Origin: Yuukianura sp. NJ FZ-2021
Lineage: Eukaryota
Assembly (NCBI GenBank): GCA_046563655.1
Contig: CM102287.1
Span: 8,680,001 to 8,744,000, forward strand
DNA: 64,000 nucleotides
Direction of reading: 5' to 3'
Under the pieces are notes generated by a model. The model did not search any database, had not been told where the DNA came from, and saw nothing but the letters and a program-made list of their open reading frames with translations. Position numbers and translations under genes: made by a program. Below, piece after piece: positions 50,052-64,000 of the stretch (position 1 is the first letter of the stretch; each line of letters begins with the position of its first letter).

Positions 50052-52935
50052 TCAAAAGTCTTTGTCCCATCCAGAATTGTCGTCCGGAAGTTCGCCAATT
50101 TCTATTTCGAATTTGTCAAAGTGCGAAGTGTCTTGGGGGCCCTTGAGACGCGGTTGGATAGGGGCCTTGATCCGACATTCCCTTAGTCCTTCCCAATCAA
50201 ATCCTCCAAACCATCTATGTGCAATGACTTCACGGACTCCATTTTGAGCTCCAAGTCGTTCTCCTGGATACTGGCGACATAAACGTCGAATCAGAGAAAT
50301 ACTGCCACGAGCCAGTTCTTTTGGAAACCGGACACATTCAATTCCTTTGAGAATTTGGTTGTACGTTTCCAGTGGGTCAGTTTCGGTAGTCGTTGCTCCA
50401 CTGCACATCTCCACCGACATTGGTCCCCACGGCGGTCTACAATCAAAAATGCGAAACAATTTAAAAAAAAAACTTTAGAAAATTGAGATCCGATTTGATC
50501 TTACAGTCCTGAGAGAAGTTCAAATAGGAGGACACCGAGAGCCCAAAAATCTACAGCACGATCATGACCTCTCTTCAAAATCGTTTCCGGTGCAACGTAC
50601 TCTGGTGTTCTAAACACAAAATTTAAATTCTGAACAAATGATCCAAGCGTTTTAGAGAAAAATCAAATTGTACATGAAAAATTACCCACAGAATGTCCAT
50701 GTTCTCTCGCCACTTGGAACGACTTTGCTAAATCCAAAATCAACCTGAAACACAGTCAACCTCAAAGTTAAACTCGACAAACAGCAGAAACTGATGGAAA
50801 TTAATCCAAAAACTTACCAATTTGACGTATCCGTTATTAGCAAGCATGAGATTCTCGGGTTTCAAGTCACGGTAAATGACATCTTTGGAATGAAGATACT
50901 CCAGAGCTAGTAAAACACAACCAAGTGTAAACCGAGCTTCATCTTCATCAAAGCGACACTTTTCACGCAAAAGTGTCCAAACTTCGCCACCCAAACAAGC
51001 TTCCATCAAAAGGTAAACACACTTGGAATCCTTAAGGGTTTTGTGGAGCCTATACACACAAAAAACACCCTTCTTTTAAACATTTAAACTTTTTGAACTT
51101 TTTTTTTAAATGAAAACTTGACCTCTCTGACCTTACTATGAACGGCGAATTCACTGAGGCCAAAATACTTTTTTCTGCAAAGACGTGTTCCTTTTGTTGT
51201 GTTTCGAGAATCTGAACTTTTGGAAGACACTTCAAAGCAAAGACAAGATTTGGCTCACCTCCGACCTAACAAAATCGGATTCAATTTCCAAAAATTTAAA
51301 CACGGAACTTTTTCAAAATCGAAATAGAGGTTACCTGCACAAGTTCTACTCTGCCGAATCCACCAACACCCAAAGTCGTAACGACCTCCAAATCGTCCAA
51401 GGTCAAACTTGAAATTAAATTCTCCACAGTTTGTTCTTCTCCAGCGTCCTTGGCCTTCTTCAAAGGCGACATTTCACAAGCATCAGATTCTGCATCATCG
51501 TTGACTTGAAAATCGACATTTTTCTTTTGAAATTGATTCAGCGTTCCAATCAGTTTATGAAACGACTCTCTGTCTAATGTGAGACAGGAAACTCCAGGGG
51601 AAAGTGCAATGACACTGGCCGTTCGACGCTCCGTTTCCCTCAGTAAAGCTTTTTCTCCAAAATAGTCTCCTCTTCCAAGTTGTCGTAAAATGTCGCCACC
51701 ACCTCCATGCTTTCCTTCTTTTCTTACTTCAACTCGACCTTGACTGATGATGTAAAAGATGTCACCAACTGCACCTTCTTTGATTATCGTCGCGCCAGTT
51801 GAGAAGTGAGCCTAGAACAATCGAAAGAACAAAAAACTTAGGCAAAATTTCAACAAAGTAATTCAAAAAATCCTAAAGTGTAGAACATAACCGGTGAAAG
51901 ATGGTCGGCAATTCGTGAAAGCAGGAGCGGTTCCAGCCCTTTCAGGAGTGGAACTGACTTGAGAAAGGCAAGGCGGTCCTCCATCTTGCGCATTCCGACT
52001 TTGACCATCACTTGTTGAAAAACACGACGTTCCAAGGCCCATATCCGGCAAATTGTAGTGGCTGAAAGAAAGAGTAAAATTAATTCAACAAAATTGACAT
52101 AATGGACCACAGATTTATACAAAAGAGACGAAAGTAAATTGTACCTTTAACAGTTGCTGTTCTTTTGCAGTTGTAGAGTAGTGCCAACTCTCCAAATGCT
52201 TTGCCAGGACCAAGAGAGCCAAGAGATGCTTCATCTTGCAACACTTCCAGCTCACCTTCACCCGACACGTACAAATGGCTACCTGAAATTTAAAACAACA
52301 AAAATGAACATGTAATTCATAAAACATTTTGAAACTTGAAAAATAGTTGCAGTTTTTTGAAAATGCTTACCAACTTCTCCTTCTTTGATGATTGTTTGAC
52401 CTGGTTCATACGAAAGTGGAAACATGAAATCAACCAAGTCTCTCAGTTGCTCCGAATCCAAATGTCGCAGAAACGAGTTGTCACGAATGGCACACCGCAG
52501 CAATTGGCGCGTACGGAAATCTTTGACATGTCGCTCAGCTTGTGGTCCATCTTCCCAGCTCTCTCCAGAAACTCCGCACTTTTTGATCAGACCTCCAAGA
52601 AATCCTGAAATTCCAGACACGCTTGGATGGTGAGACGTCGCCACGGACGGAATTCTTTTCAGATTTGATCTTTCTAAAACAGACTAACAAAAAACAATTA
52701 GAATTCCCCGGACTCAAAAGTTAATTCAAGGTTGGAATTGCCGTACCCTCAGCTTGTGAATTTCTCGTTTGAGTCTTCCGATTTCCGTTTCTCGTTCTGT
52801 TAAAGTTTCCTTGAGCTGTTTCAGTTCAGCATCCATGTTGGCAACAGCGCTGTCCAAATTCGACTGGCAACTCCAGGACGTTGATTGCTCATTTTTATAT
52901 CTCCAGAGCCTGGAGCTTTCCAATCGCCGTGACAT
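50052..52935 (-). CDS. PKG: cGMP-dependent protein kinase (isozyme-1/Pkg21D-like)
   Basis: Coiled coil (REIHKLRSVL), KKCGVSGES pseudosubstrate, two cNMP-binding domains ([22 protein letters not shown]), kinase YRDLKPEN and C-terminal SGWDKDF. The start codon is tentative. Confidence 0.93.
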
Positions 52936-54005
52936 CAATTGGAGCTGGAGTTTCCCGTAGACATTCAACTGTTGCTGTTTGAATTAATTGGGATTGGAGT
53001 TTGTGTTTGTCTGAGTCTTAGGAAAAAGTTCCACTCCATCAAAATTGAGCTTCCAGAGGCAGGTGTATATGAAGCCAATTTAATCCACAAGTAAACAATA
53101 TCCGAAGTGGAGAAAAACAGAAAATGAGATCACATCAGAACATCCAGATCTGCTGGAAATAGAAACAAGAAAATATAAATCAAACAATTCAAACATGGGG
53201 GATGCGGGATCAAAGTATTGAAAAACTTACCACTTTTACACGTGGAGAAACCTTAAAAAATTAATTAACGCGGAAACTAGCAAAGAATAGACAATAAATT
53301 GTCGATACGAAAACCAAGGGATACAAGGGCTCCGGGTCATTAGAGCGAAAACCATAAGCACGAATTCCACAAGTTGGCAACACTGAACATAATGAAACCA
53401 GACGCCGTTGTAGTTCCACTGTAGCCAACTTGCTGAATTCGCACTTACTGTTTTCGCCCTAATTTTTACGTCTAAACGTTCCTCCTGCCAAAAATTTATT
53501 CATAATCCCCAGTCACCGCATGCCACAAAAAATTTACTATAAGATACTTAAGTTGTGTCTTAGTAAATAAAACTTCTTCTCGAAAATTAATTAATTGTTA
53601 ATCACTTTCTCGACACGGGAGTCAAAAAGCTAAAAAGGTTTCTGTCAGACTAGAAACGAGGCAGCAAGGAGCGGCGGTCAGGGGTTACGGAGGACCCTTA
53701 AGGGCTAAAATGGCAACAAACAACATACAGAAGTCAGATTCAAGGTACATAAGTTCCTTTAAATTAATTGGCTTAAAGTAATTAATTAACCTTAAGTTAA
53801 CCTATCAATTCATCAAAATAATTTACTCCGTAACTTTCCTAGAAAATAACTAAAGGTAAACGCTCGTTCTCGTTTCCGGAATGAGGAAAAATAAGGAGGT
53901 ACTCAAAAGGCTGAATCTTCTCATCAATCGATTACCGTAAATCATCAATGAATTACCGGTATTTCCGTGTCACGTGACATAGACTGTGGTCATGTCCAGT
54001 CGTCT

Positions 54006-57000
54006 TCAATCATCCTCTCGAGCCTGGTAGAACAAAATGTACGCAGCAGTGGAGATAATTTCTCGATGAGAAATGAGTGAAGTGTCAGCATCGTCAAACT
54101 TGGTCCAAGATCTGTAACGAGTACAAGTATGTTCAAAAACTGTTCTAAAAAATCAACATTTTCTAAAAATGTAGAACAAAAGAGCACTCTTACTCTGGAT
54201 TGCGACAAAAAGCAGTGTAGTGTCCACCTTCCATGGATCCGTAGTGGTTAGACACAGCATACAACTGGTATCGTGTACTTGTCGTAGTAGTGGGCCCTTT
54301 GACACGATCCGTAATGTCCAAATTATCAAGAGGGAACGAAACTTTGGTAATTTTCTTCCGATAGTTTCCGTTGTGCTCTTCCGTGTTGAAAAATCTACAG
54401 TCACAGTTAAGTTATTAATAATTGAGATTATCAGATTGAATTTAAAATTAAATTAGTGTTAACATTACAATTAAGTTTTGAAACCTTAGCTTACCTTTGA
54501 AGGTGGATCAGCAAATAGTGAGGCATGCGCCACAGCTGGGTGTATTTTTCGGTTTGTCCAAAAGTCTTACACTGGCTACACTCCATGTCAACTTTTTCCG
54601 TTTGTGTGTAAAGATCAAGACATTTCTTGAACAAAAACAAAAGGTCAATGGTCGAATTGTACAAAAGGACAAAGGTAACAGACTTCATAGGAATAAAGGT
54701 TATGTTGGACACGACTTACCTCAAGTGCACAACTCCCATCGACCGTTACGTCTGGAAGTGGGATTGAGAGGAAGTAGAAGGGCTCAAAAGTTACTGACGT
54801 CTTGAAGCACTTCTTGCATCGGATTGTTGACGTTTGTTCTCCAGCAAAAAGTTTCGAAATGACGGAGTTGTTTACACTCTGGAAAAAAAAAACTTATTAA
54901 AAATGCACATTCAACCAGAAATCTTGTCCCGGAATTACCAGATAATCATCCCGAAACACATCATAAGCAGCATCGATTGGAACATTTTCGTTCTTCTGTT
55001 CTTGTAGTTTGTGCCGTCTTCTAGGAGCCTGAAAAAAATCATAAGTTAATTAAAACTTACTGACTTTTACTATTTTCAAATGAATGTTCTACCTTGTTGA
55101 GTTCCTCGTGCATCCAATCGAGCAGAAATGTCAAGAGTTCATGAGAGTCATGCTGTCCTTTCCCAGCAAAAGATGGATTGTGTTTGCCAATGATTCTCTT
55201 CAACTCTTCGGGTGCATAGGAACGCACTCCCCGACTGAGTTGCTGAATCGTCATTGCCACTTCTTTCGTCACCTCTCCACATTGGTCAAAACCTCGCCTA
55301 CATTTTATCAAAACAACTTCTTCAAAAACATAACTTTTCGGAATAAAAGCAAAATTTTCCGGTTTTCACTTACCGTTGAAGGTCAGAGGTCAAAAAGTCA
55401 GCCAGATCTCGAGTATGTGACAGGCATTGGATTATTGAGTTCATGTAGCAACTGTTTCCCAGATTTTTTAGTCCAGTTCGGTGGTGTCGTGTCTAAATTC
55501 ACAAAAAAAACTTAAAAAAAATTCAACCCCAAACGAAAGTCTTTTCTTTTTCTTAAACTTACGCTTGAGACTGGCACAATCGGGAAATCTCTCCTCACTT
55601 GAGGTTTCTGCATGCGACTGTACGTGGGAAGGTCATCCGGCTATAAAAAAAATAATAAAAATATATAAACCATTCAGAAACATTTTAACAATTTATGATT
55701 TTAACAATATCAACAAAATGTGATATACTTACCCCTTGAATCATGTTCAAGTTTGGATTAGATTGGGATCGTTTCAAAGACGAATTGCTCCTCTGCTCTC
55801 CCTCAGTCTTCAATTTTTCCGTCTTTATTTCCTTACTTGGGCTGTCCATGACTCCATTCACTTCTGGTTTTCCTTGCGAACTGATTCCAATGGAATCACC
55901 ATCCTTAGTGGTGGCAGTATTCTGGGAAAATGCTGCTGGTTTCAAAGAAGATGGTGGTGGTACTGGTGCATGAACTTGCGGAATAGATGGTGCTGGTGCT
56001 GGAGTAGCTTTTGGTTGCACCGGCTCGTGTTCTGGAGATGTAGAAGTAGAAGGAACTGCACTGGGCGCGGACTTCGACTCGGCGTCAATTGTAGTAAGAT
56101 GAGTTGGTTTGGTGGCTCGATTAATCGTGGGATTCGTAACAGCATTGGTGGGTTTCTGGATTGTAGGGGCAGGGACATGTTCGCCGTTTGTGATTGGCTG
56201 AAGTGGTGGTTTGACCGTAACGGGCGATGGTGGTGGCGGAGCGTTGTCCAAGCTTGGATATTCAATTCCTGACAATGACGCATGTCCCGAGGCAGAACTC
56301 TTTGCAAATTCGTCCAGTTGTCCATTTGTACACAAGTTGGTAAAGTACGTCGGGTACTTGCGGTAGAAGTGACGAAATCCACCTTGCAGAATCTTCAGTT
56401 TGCCTTTGTATTTGGTGTTAGGATCCCACTAATATTGACAAAAAAATCGTTTTGAAAACGTTTTTTCTCTTGCAGATGAAAATAAAGATTTGAAGTCTTA
56501 CTTGTGTGATAACGTCGTAGAGCACAAATAAAGGTAGAGTCGAATCTGAATCCCTCCGTTCGAAGCTGTTCGACCAGTCGTAAAGAATGATTAGGTCAAA
56601 GGTTGCACGTATGTTCCAAAGCTCCAGCGATTCGACGCTGGATTGCGTCAACTTCGTGGTAAGCGTATTCGCAGAGATTCTGGAAAGATGAAACCACAAA
56701 AACTTGAACAGTATTTGCACAAATACTTGAGCAGTACTAAAAGCTTACCCTTTTACAAGAAACACATTGGAAATGCAAATGGCATCGCGGTGGAGGGGGT
56801 GAGAACTCTTAAAATCCGCTGGAGAACGAGTGTCAATGAGCAGAAACCGGGTTGATTTCTGGTCCATTAGGGTTTTGAGTTCCTCCGGAGTGATTTCAAC
56901 TTCCTGATGAGTTGATGGAATGACACCGTTGACAATGGCTGGTCGTGCTTTAGGTCCGCTGCTCCTGTTGAAGTTGCGAGTAGCATCCTGGAGTTCCAGT

Positions 57001-57453
57001 TCTTTCACTTTGGCTTCTGCTGCTTCACACTCTTTAGCCATCGCATATCGCTTGGCCAGACGATCGGCCAACTCCTCAGCAAGTTGAATGGCGACTTTGG
57101 ACTTGGTAGCAAACTCGGAAGTACGATCCGGCTTCTTATAATGGTTCAAACTGAGCACGAATCTCATGTATAGAATGTACGCCAGCTCATCATCCTTGTC
57201 AATCCGAAAGGCTCTGCTGGCCGAGTCGTATAATTTGTTCAGCATACCCGAAGTCATTCTGAAAATGTGAAGTTGGACTTCAATAATTAAACTTTAGTTT
57301 AGTTTCAACATGAGCAAGTGCTATAAGTAAAACTTACGAGGCTGAATTCGTGTGTTTGATTTTGTCACCTGGATCCAGCTGACCATTAAGTTCTGACATA
57401 CTGGAAGCCAAGTAAAGTTTACGCAGTTTCTCATTGTCCCCTGCAACTGGCAT
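54006..57453 (-). CDS. USP8: Ubiquitin-specific protease 8-like, full length and divergent
   Basis: MIT-like N-terminus, rhodanese domain, [10 protein letters not shown] 14-3-3-type motif, Cys box [18 protein letters not shown], His box [14 protein letters not shown] and FDD…AYILFY. Confidence 0.9.
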
Positions 57454-58438
57454 TTTCGGTTCACTTCCAAGTTACTAACAGGATTCCAGGCCCAAGTCTC
57501 ACCTAAAAGGTCAATTCAAGGTCAAAATAAGAAACATTAAGTTAGACTTATCGAGTGAGAGACATGGAGGTCACTGAAAACTAAAAGATTAGCACTACCT
57601 GGGAGTTATCGATCCAGGTCACCAAGGTCTCTCTAGTTAGGTAGCTTGTGATTCAGTCAAAAGTCAATCTTCCTTTCTTTTGTGTTTCGGTATTTGTGAT
57701 TGTCCTTGTCCCACTTTCTGCAAATAACAAGATTGAATGCCAATTAGTTACTCATTATCGCTGACCCTGTCTAAATTCAGTAGTTAAGTTAGTATTTGAT
57801 ATGTTATGCCTTCCTTGTTCCTTGAGCTTACTGATAAACTAACAAAGAGAAGATTGAATATTGGCTGGTGGAGGGTATTGTAGTTAATATTAGGGAAGGT
57901 TGGGATTAAAACTTTAATTAATTAGTAATTGAAGATTCGAAGATATGGACGGGTCGACAGGTCATGTGTGAATGTGTAAATTCTCAGATGGAGGCAAGAG
58001 AGACACCAGACACGTAAGCAGCGACACCGCCCACGAAACTAAAATTAAATACCCTATGAAAAACTATTGGACGTCAGCTGGATACTCGATATCAATCAAT
58101 CAATTGATTGATATGATGAATAAACTTAAGGAAGATGTTGCTGTACCGATTAACACTACGATTACTTCGGTTCAATACATGCGAACGTAGGAAATACCGT
58201 AAGTGCGACGAGAACGAGAGGAGATCGAGATGCCTTTCACTTTCTACTTCCATCTCAGGAAATACCTTATCTCAGCCAGAGATATCACTGGTTCATGGTT
58301 CTTGTAGTAACTTTCTCAGTGTTTGTTACATTACTGGTTGTTGATTAATCAAGTTCTAGTCTACCTTCATAATTCACTTAATTAGTAAACAACAATCGAT
58401 TATTGATCTTACCTGGTTACCTTTGCTTCAATCTCGAG

Positions 58439-58627
58439 ATGAGACAGCTGAGGTCAAATCCACGGCTGAAGACGTTCCTGATTCCCTTGGCTCTTTCTAT
58501 AGCAGTTATTCACACTATCTTTTATTTTAAACCCAAATCAAATTACGATGAAATACTGAAGAGACATCCAGAGATGAGATCCAACCAAGCGATAGTACAA
58601 GATTCCACTACTAAATCAACTAATTAA
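58439..58627 (+). CDS. Possible 62-aa single-TM microprotein
   Basis: MRQLRSNPRLKTFLIPLALSIAVIHTIFYFKP…: basic N-terminus plus one hydrophobic segment. No family recognised. Confidence 0.3.
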   Translation: MRQLRSNPRLKTFLIPLALSIAVIHTIFYFKPKSNYDEILKRHPEMRSNQAIVQDSTTKSTN

Positions 58628-58929
58628 TTAATCAATCAATCGTCTCCTCTCCAGCTCCGCTCCGGAAAATTCCTTAAAATCCAGTCAAGGGATTTCCCAA
58701 CTCTACCAACTGCTGCGCACTGCTGTCGCGCAGGCACTTATTGCCGGACTTAAAACAACAGCAGCTGATTTTGGATTTTGAAAACTAATTGACATATTTT
58801 CCATTTGGACACCAAAAAAAGCCCAAAAAAAAACGTCAGATTCAGAAGGCTAATTGTTAATCGGGTATTTGGTTGGCCGTTGTCGTGGTTACTTTGGAGC
58901 CAGCAGCACCGCTGGATTCGAAAATCAAA

Positions 58930-59501
58930 ATGGCCTCCGAGTGGATTCAGAAAAAGAAGCACAGTGATACCGAAAGGTTACGTTTTCCTAGATTACATTT
59001 ACGTCCATGTAAACTTATCAATTACGGTGATAATTTGGTGTTAAATTATCGTTTTTAGATGGACTTGTATTTATCCGGCTTACATCAATAGTAAAAAGAC
59101 GAGAGCCGAAGGTCGGCGACTTCCGCTGGGCAAAGCTGTAGAGAATCCAACATATGCTGAGATCAAAGACGTTCTATCCGCTTCCGGTTTCAACGTCGTA
59201 GCAGAGAACAAGGCCTACTCTAAGGAAAGGTCAAATGAACCAACCACGAGAGGTCGAATCCGAGTACAACTTCGGAATGATGATGGAACCCCTATCAATC
59301 CCAAATTCCCGTCACGTGAGTTAAATTGAGTTTAATCGATGAAAAGGAAGTTACCTATCTGCATAGCTTGGATTTTTAGGTGACTCTGTACTGGAGTATA
59401 CTGCTGAGATGATTCCCAAATTGAAGACGAGAACTAATCCAATCACCAGTGCTCAACAATCTACGGCAGCAGGAGGAAAGAAGAAGGGAAAGAAGAAGTA
59501 G
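58930..59501 (+). CDS. SRP19: Signal recognition particle 19 kDa protein (3 exons)
   Basis: RWTCIYPAYINSKKTRAEGRR, AVENP, RGRIRVQL, MIPKLKTR and a lysine-rich C-terminus. Confidence 0.96.
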
Positions 59502-59943
59502 TGCTTATTTGTCATTTTGAAGTGTATTTCAATATGAACTTGTTGATAATACATAATTAATTACAATTAAATTGTTAATGCAGAAACCAGCAAAGAATTG
59601 CCAATACTTGTCTGTTTATAAGGAAAGGATCTACCTTTTATTGGTTAAGCGTTTTAAAAATCAAGTTAAATTGACCTGACATGACACAAATACGGAAATT
59701 ACAATGTCACATCCAACTTAAAACGCTTTTTAGCGTTACATTTACAATCACTAACTGTTTAAAGTTTAAGTTAAATTAGCGTGTAGCTTATTCTTAGTCT
59801 TTTGTGTACCTCGTACAGCACCGGAGTACAAATATGAGATAAAGTTGAAACGTACTTCTGACGATCCGATCTCCGTTCTTTCCACGGGACAGACTATACT
59901 ACTTGAAATTGAAATTGAATCTTGCGAGAGCGTGTTGTAGATT

Positions 59944-61317
59944 TTAGCAATGGTACAGCAGGTAATTCTTCAGAATTTTCGGCAAAGGGAGACTCCGGAC
60001 ACCGCTCAACCGAATTGAATGAAGAATCGTATCTCGACACATGGACTGAAGAGTGTCGACTGAAACGAAAAGTTAACAATTAACATGAAACTTAACGAAA
60101 ACAATGGACTCAATCAGTTGAATTTGAACTTACCTCCATAGAGTTGACAAGTTCGAATTCTTTTGGTACTTCCATACAGATCTACTACAGCGTAGACGGG
60201 CGCGTCCTGGTAAGGGATGTCACGAGAACAAGGTCCTTGATCTTCTCCGTTGATGATAAAGTGCATGTTGGCAGTATTGTCACCAGTGGGAACAAACATG
60301 ACTCCAATACGACTTCCGACATCAGTTGGCAATTGGGCTCCGGCACCATCCCCTTGAGTAACACTCTGACCGGCCAATACACGATGTTGAACAAAGCCGC
60401 AAGGAGTCCAGGTCACTTCTCCGTGTCCTAGAGGAAATAAACCTTTGACTCTGGCAATTCTTTTGATTTCAAATTCAGTTTGTAACTTACGTCGTAGGAC
60501 AACGTTGGTACCAAATCTGAGTACATGATCTGCGTTACGAGCATTGTCTTCCATCGTCTCTTCAGCACTTTCAGGATCTGGGTTCCGGTCTATATTCAAG
60601 CGGGCCAATCTTGGGTTATTTTCGAATACTTTACCGCCGATTCCAGGACTACCATATACACTATCGTCTTCCTCCTCTTCATCACTACCTCTGTATTGTA
60701 TTCGACGAATGTGTGGTATATCTGCATTTTGTGATCTTCCAGTGATACCCAACCCTTCATACCGTTCTTCCAATAGTTGAATACTAGTATTTCTTTTGGT
60801 GATTGCGTACAACCAACATGGTCCCATTGCCAGCAGATCTGGTAAAGCATACAGCGGAAGCTGAAATCTCGTGTCAGGGTTCAGCTGAGTCAGTCCAATT
60901 CGCATGTGACCTAGAAGTATATGGAATTGTTAATCGGATTCAATTGACACTCCACGAAATCAGTTTCATTGTATTGACTATAATCACTTTCAACTTCCTT
61001 ACCACTCCATCCTGTCTCTGTCTGTTCGATTTCGATGAGGAATATTTCGCCTGGTGCGAGTGGCTTCTCACTGAATGTAATTGCATTAGCAAAACTTGCT
61101 GTTCGAATGGCGGTTTGAAAGTTGTTCTCGAACTTGACATTGACTCCAGCATGTGGATGGAACCGTGGAGCTCCACATCCGCGTTGAGATTTTTTCGAAA
61201 AAATGGCCCTCGTCCTAAACAAATTCAATGCTTATTTATGCAAACTCCAGAATAATAATAACTGCGTTATACTAATTGGAGCTGGACTTACCTTGGGAGC
61301 ATTATTGGGTTATCCAT
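59944..61317 (-). CDS. NEURL2: Neuralized-like protein 2 (NHR domain plus SOCS box)
   Basis: RFHPH…SFANAITFSEKPLAPGE…GWSGHMRIGLT…YAVVDLYGSTK; last exon TLQSMCRDTI…LPLPKILKNYL is a SOCS box. Confidence 0.9.
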
Positions 61318-62248
61318 GTTCAATTACTGTTTTTTGTTTTGATTTTCGAAAACCGTGTCTCCTCTAAAGCCAGTAGTGTAGTTTTTACGTTCAGCTGTTT
61401 CTATCAAGCATTAAGAACTGTCAGTTACGACGTTTAACCTGAAAGAAAGAGACACCAAATTTTATGATTAGGTAGGACGATTTATAACTAAAGTACTTAC
61501 TTTTACTTTTACTCTTGTGACTTCTTCTCACCGAATTAATTGCAAATCTGACCTGGAGAAAGAGACCGATTACCGTGTGTGTACCAAACGAAGAAAGAAA
61601 GTGCGGAGAAGAAGAAATCAAAACATCAATCAAAAAATAAAAATTCAAAGTGAAATTTTTCAAAATTTACCGTTTCCCGGTCTTTTGTTGAAAAAGCCAG
61701 GTGAAGCGGAAGAGGGAGTGAGTGACGGGAAAACGGGAAACTTTTTGTGCAGTATGATATCCGGTTAGCTCCCGAACAAAAACCGAAAGTGCACTGTCGG
61801 TGGTGCACTTGCATTGTTTTTTGCATGACGTGACGTAGTTTGTATTTTATATTATATACTAATTTATATATTTATTTATACCAATTTATATGTATAATAA
61901 ATTGTATACTACATGTAGTATTATGCAAGCGACCGCCAGCATATTGACGGGGGATGGAAAACCGAAAACTAATTTCCGCCGTTTCATCTTACTCCGATGA
62001 CTTTAGATTGTTTTATTGGTTGTTCTAATTTTCTAATTTCCCTTTATCTTGTGCCTTACTAAGCACGCCCTTTGTTTAAACATCTAAAACAGACAACGTA
62101 ATGCTCAAAATCCATATGTGTCGCTGCATTTAGACAACGTAGAACGCAAACTCAGCATTTTCCTCCTGCAATTGTCCATAAGAACATGCTGCATTTCGAT
62201 CTTCTGAAAATCAAAAGTCCGTTTCAATTCCAATCTCGAATTTCTACA

Positions 62249-63857
62249 ATGGTGGACAGTGAATTTCAGGCATTCGAACAAGTAAAGAAACAAAGGTTAA
62301 AGGTCACTAAAGAAGCCATTTTCGAACAGTCACCGCTCTACAAACACTGGAGATGGTTATTTCTTTCGCTAAGAGCTTTTGGAAGTTGTCCAATTTCTCA
62401 AAATTTGGAAAATTTTCAATTGAAATTTCGTTGTTTTTCGTGGACAACTTTGTACACACTGACTATTCACTTGCTTCGAATTTCATTTTCGGTTTGGTTC
62501 TTCAAGGACTGGGGAGCTATGCTTGGAGAAAGGTGCTATTCCAGGAGTTTTTTTTTTCAAAATGGTTTTTCAAAAATTTGAGTTTTTTTTGGGTTTTGAC
62601 AGATATAGCAATGGGAATCTGCTGGTTCAGTGGATTATTGGCAGTATGGGCTACACTATTCCGCTGCAACAAATTTGGGAAATCATTGCAAGTTGGGCAA
62701 CAGCTACCAAAATGGCGGCAATTGGAAACGAATGGATCCAATTCGATACAACGTTTCGCGAAGCTTTTGGAAAAACGTGTGCGCAGTACTATCGGCGCAC
62801 AAAATGGCGTAAATGTGTCTTATTCTTTATAGTCTTTGTTGTTGGTGGGCACGTCTGTAGCACCCGAGCCGAATTGTTCCAAGAAGAAAAATTCGGTAAT
62901 TTAAAAAAAGTTGTTTGTTGTCTATTATTGGATTTCTGCTATTTTAATATATTTTGTATAGGAAATTAACTTTTGTGTTTTTTTTTGTTACAGAGGTTTT
63001 GCATGTTTTGCGTATAATTCCTAGCTTCATGTTGATTGGTATCATGGTAGTTGAAGAAATTCGGATCCTCATGATGAACTTTACTTGTGCTGAGGGGTTT
63101 TACTACATACGGTCAGCCATAGAAGAACAGGTCAAAGGTCATGACCAAATTCTGACTCAAGTAGTGGTCAAGTGGACATCGATTGCCATGACATTACGAC
63201 GCAGTGTCCAACTGACTGGAGATATTCAGATGTACTTCCTCATTCCGGGATTTGTCCATATTGTTTTCATCCTCACTGGAGTTATTTTCATTTCAATTCA
63301 AACTGTGGTGGGGCAACATGCGACGGAAGACTTTATTTATATGGCCATCGCTGCAAGTTCCATGTTTGCCGGAGTGTTGCTAATAGTCAACATGGCAGAA
63401 GCTGTATCTCAGGAGGTACGTGTTCAAACAATGCCGCCCCTCTAGTATAACCTACAAGTTTGCTCCAGAAACTTAATCTTCATTTTAATTTGTTGCTGTT
63501 TTTGAATTTAGGAACAGCTTTTGGCTTCTGTGTTAATTGAATGTGACCCAGATATGTTTGACCTCAATGGAAAGATGGAAATAGCCAAGTTGATTGTAAC
63601 GCTTCAGCAAAATCCATCCAAGATATCCCTAGGTGGATACATTTCAGTGGAGAAAAGGCTGGTGACAAAGGTAATTCTATTTGACACAATTGGAAAATTG
63701 CGGTAAACTTTATTTGAAAGTGTTTTGAATGTTTTGTTGAATTTTGACTTTTAAGATGCTGACACATATCGTAGGCTATTTACTTCTTCTTATCCAGTTT
63801 GACCTCGCGTTCCACGTTAGAGACATTCCAAATTGTGGAAATGGAACTTCGTCGTAA
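62249..63857 (+). CDS. Gustatory receptor family protein (5 exons)
   Basis: Multiple TM segments; C-terminal ISLGGYISV…|MLTHIVGYLLLLIQF matches the GR TYxxxxxQF signature. The 3' introns are phase 0 and the frame is intact. Confidence 0.85.
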
Positions 63858-64000
63858 ATACTTCCGCCATATTCCAAAATTTGGGTTGAAGTAAACTTTT
63901 GGCGGCCTGACCGTACCCACCGGTTTGAAACAGAAACGCAGAAACGTCACTCCTACCTTAACTTATCTAATGTTAACGCGGGTCGTAAAAAGCAGAACTT

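Noticed and set aside
62353..62969. Apparent frameshift in the gustatory receptor
   Set aside because: Resolved by a phase-2 intron (AG|gtgcta…ttgacag|A); the reading frame is intact.

Overview
This is a gene-dense eukaryotic (arthropod) genomic window with short, AT-rich GT-AG introns, mostly 50-100 nt. A gustatory receptor, an OBP-like domain, rough and a cuticle protein point to a hexapod. A soil springtail-like animal is my inference, not something the sequence proves. I reconstructed about 25 spliced genes by hand: a LAPTM-like protein, two Ly6/quiver-like genes, UPF0235/C15orf40, HTATSF1, glutamine synthetase, V-ATPase subunit a, two USP8 copies, rough, SEM1, GPDH, an ammonium transporter, a serine protease, a serpin, a cuticle protein, PKG, SRP19, NEURL2, a gustatory receptor and several orphans. 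The five most notable observations are: (1) an intact, 6-intron ammonium permease of fungal MEP type, a candidate horizontal transfer; (2) the HTATSF1 coding sequence nested on the same strand inside intron 1 of the C15orf40 homolog, possibly sharing its first exon; (3) an intronic H/ACA RNA whose two pockets match U6 Psi31 and Psi86 (SNORA79/ACA65-like); (4) an OBP-like domain fused to extensin-like repeats; (5) a truncated USP8 duplicate lacking the catalytic domain. Family assignments come from recalled motifs only; no searches were run.
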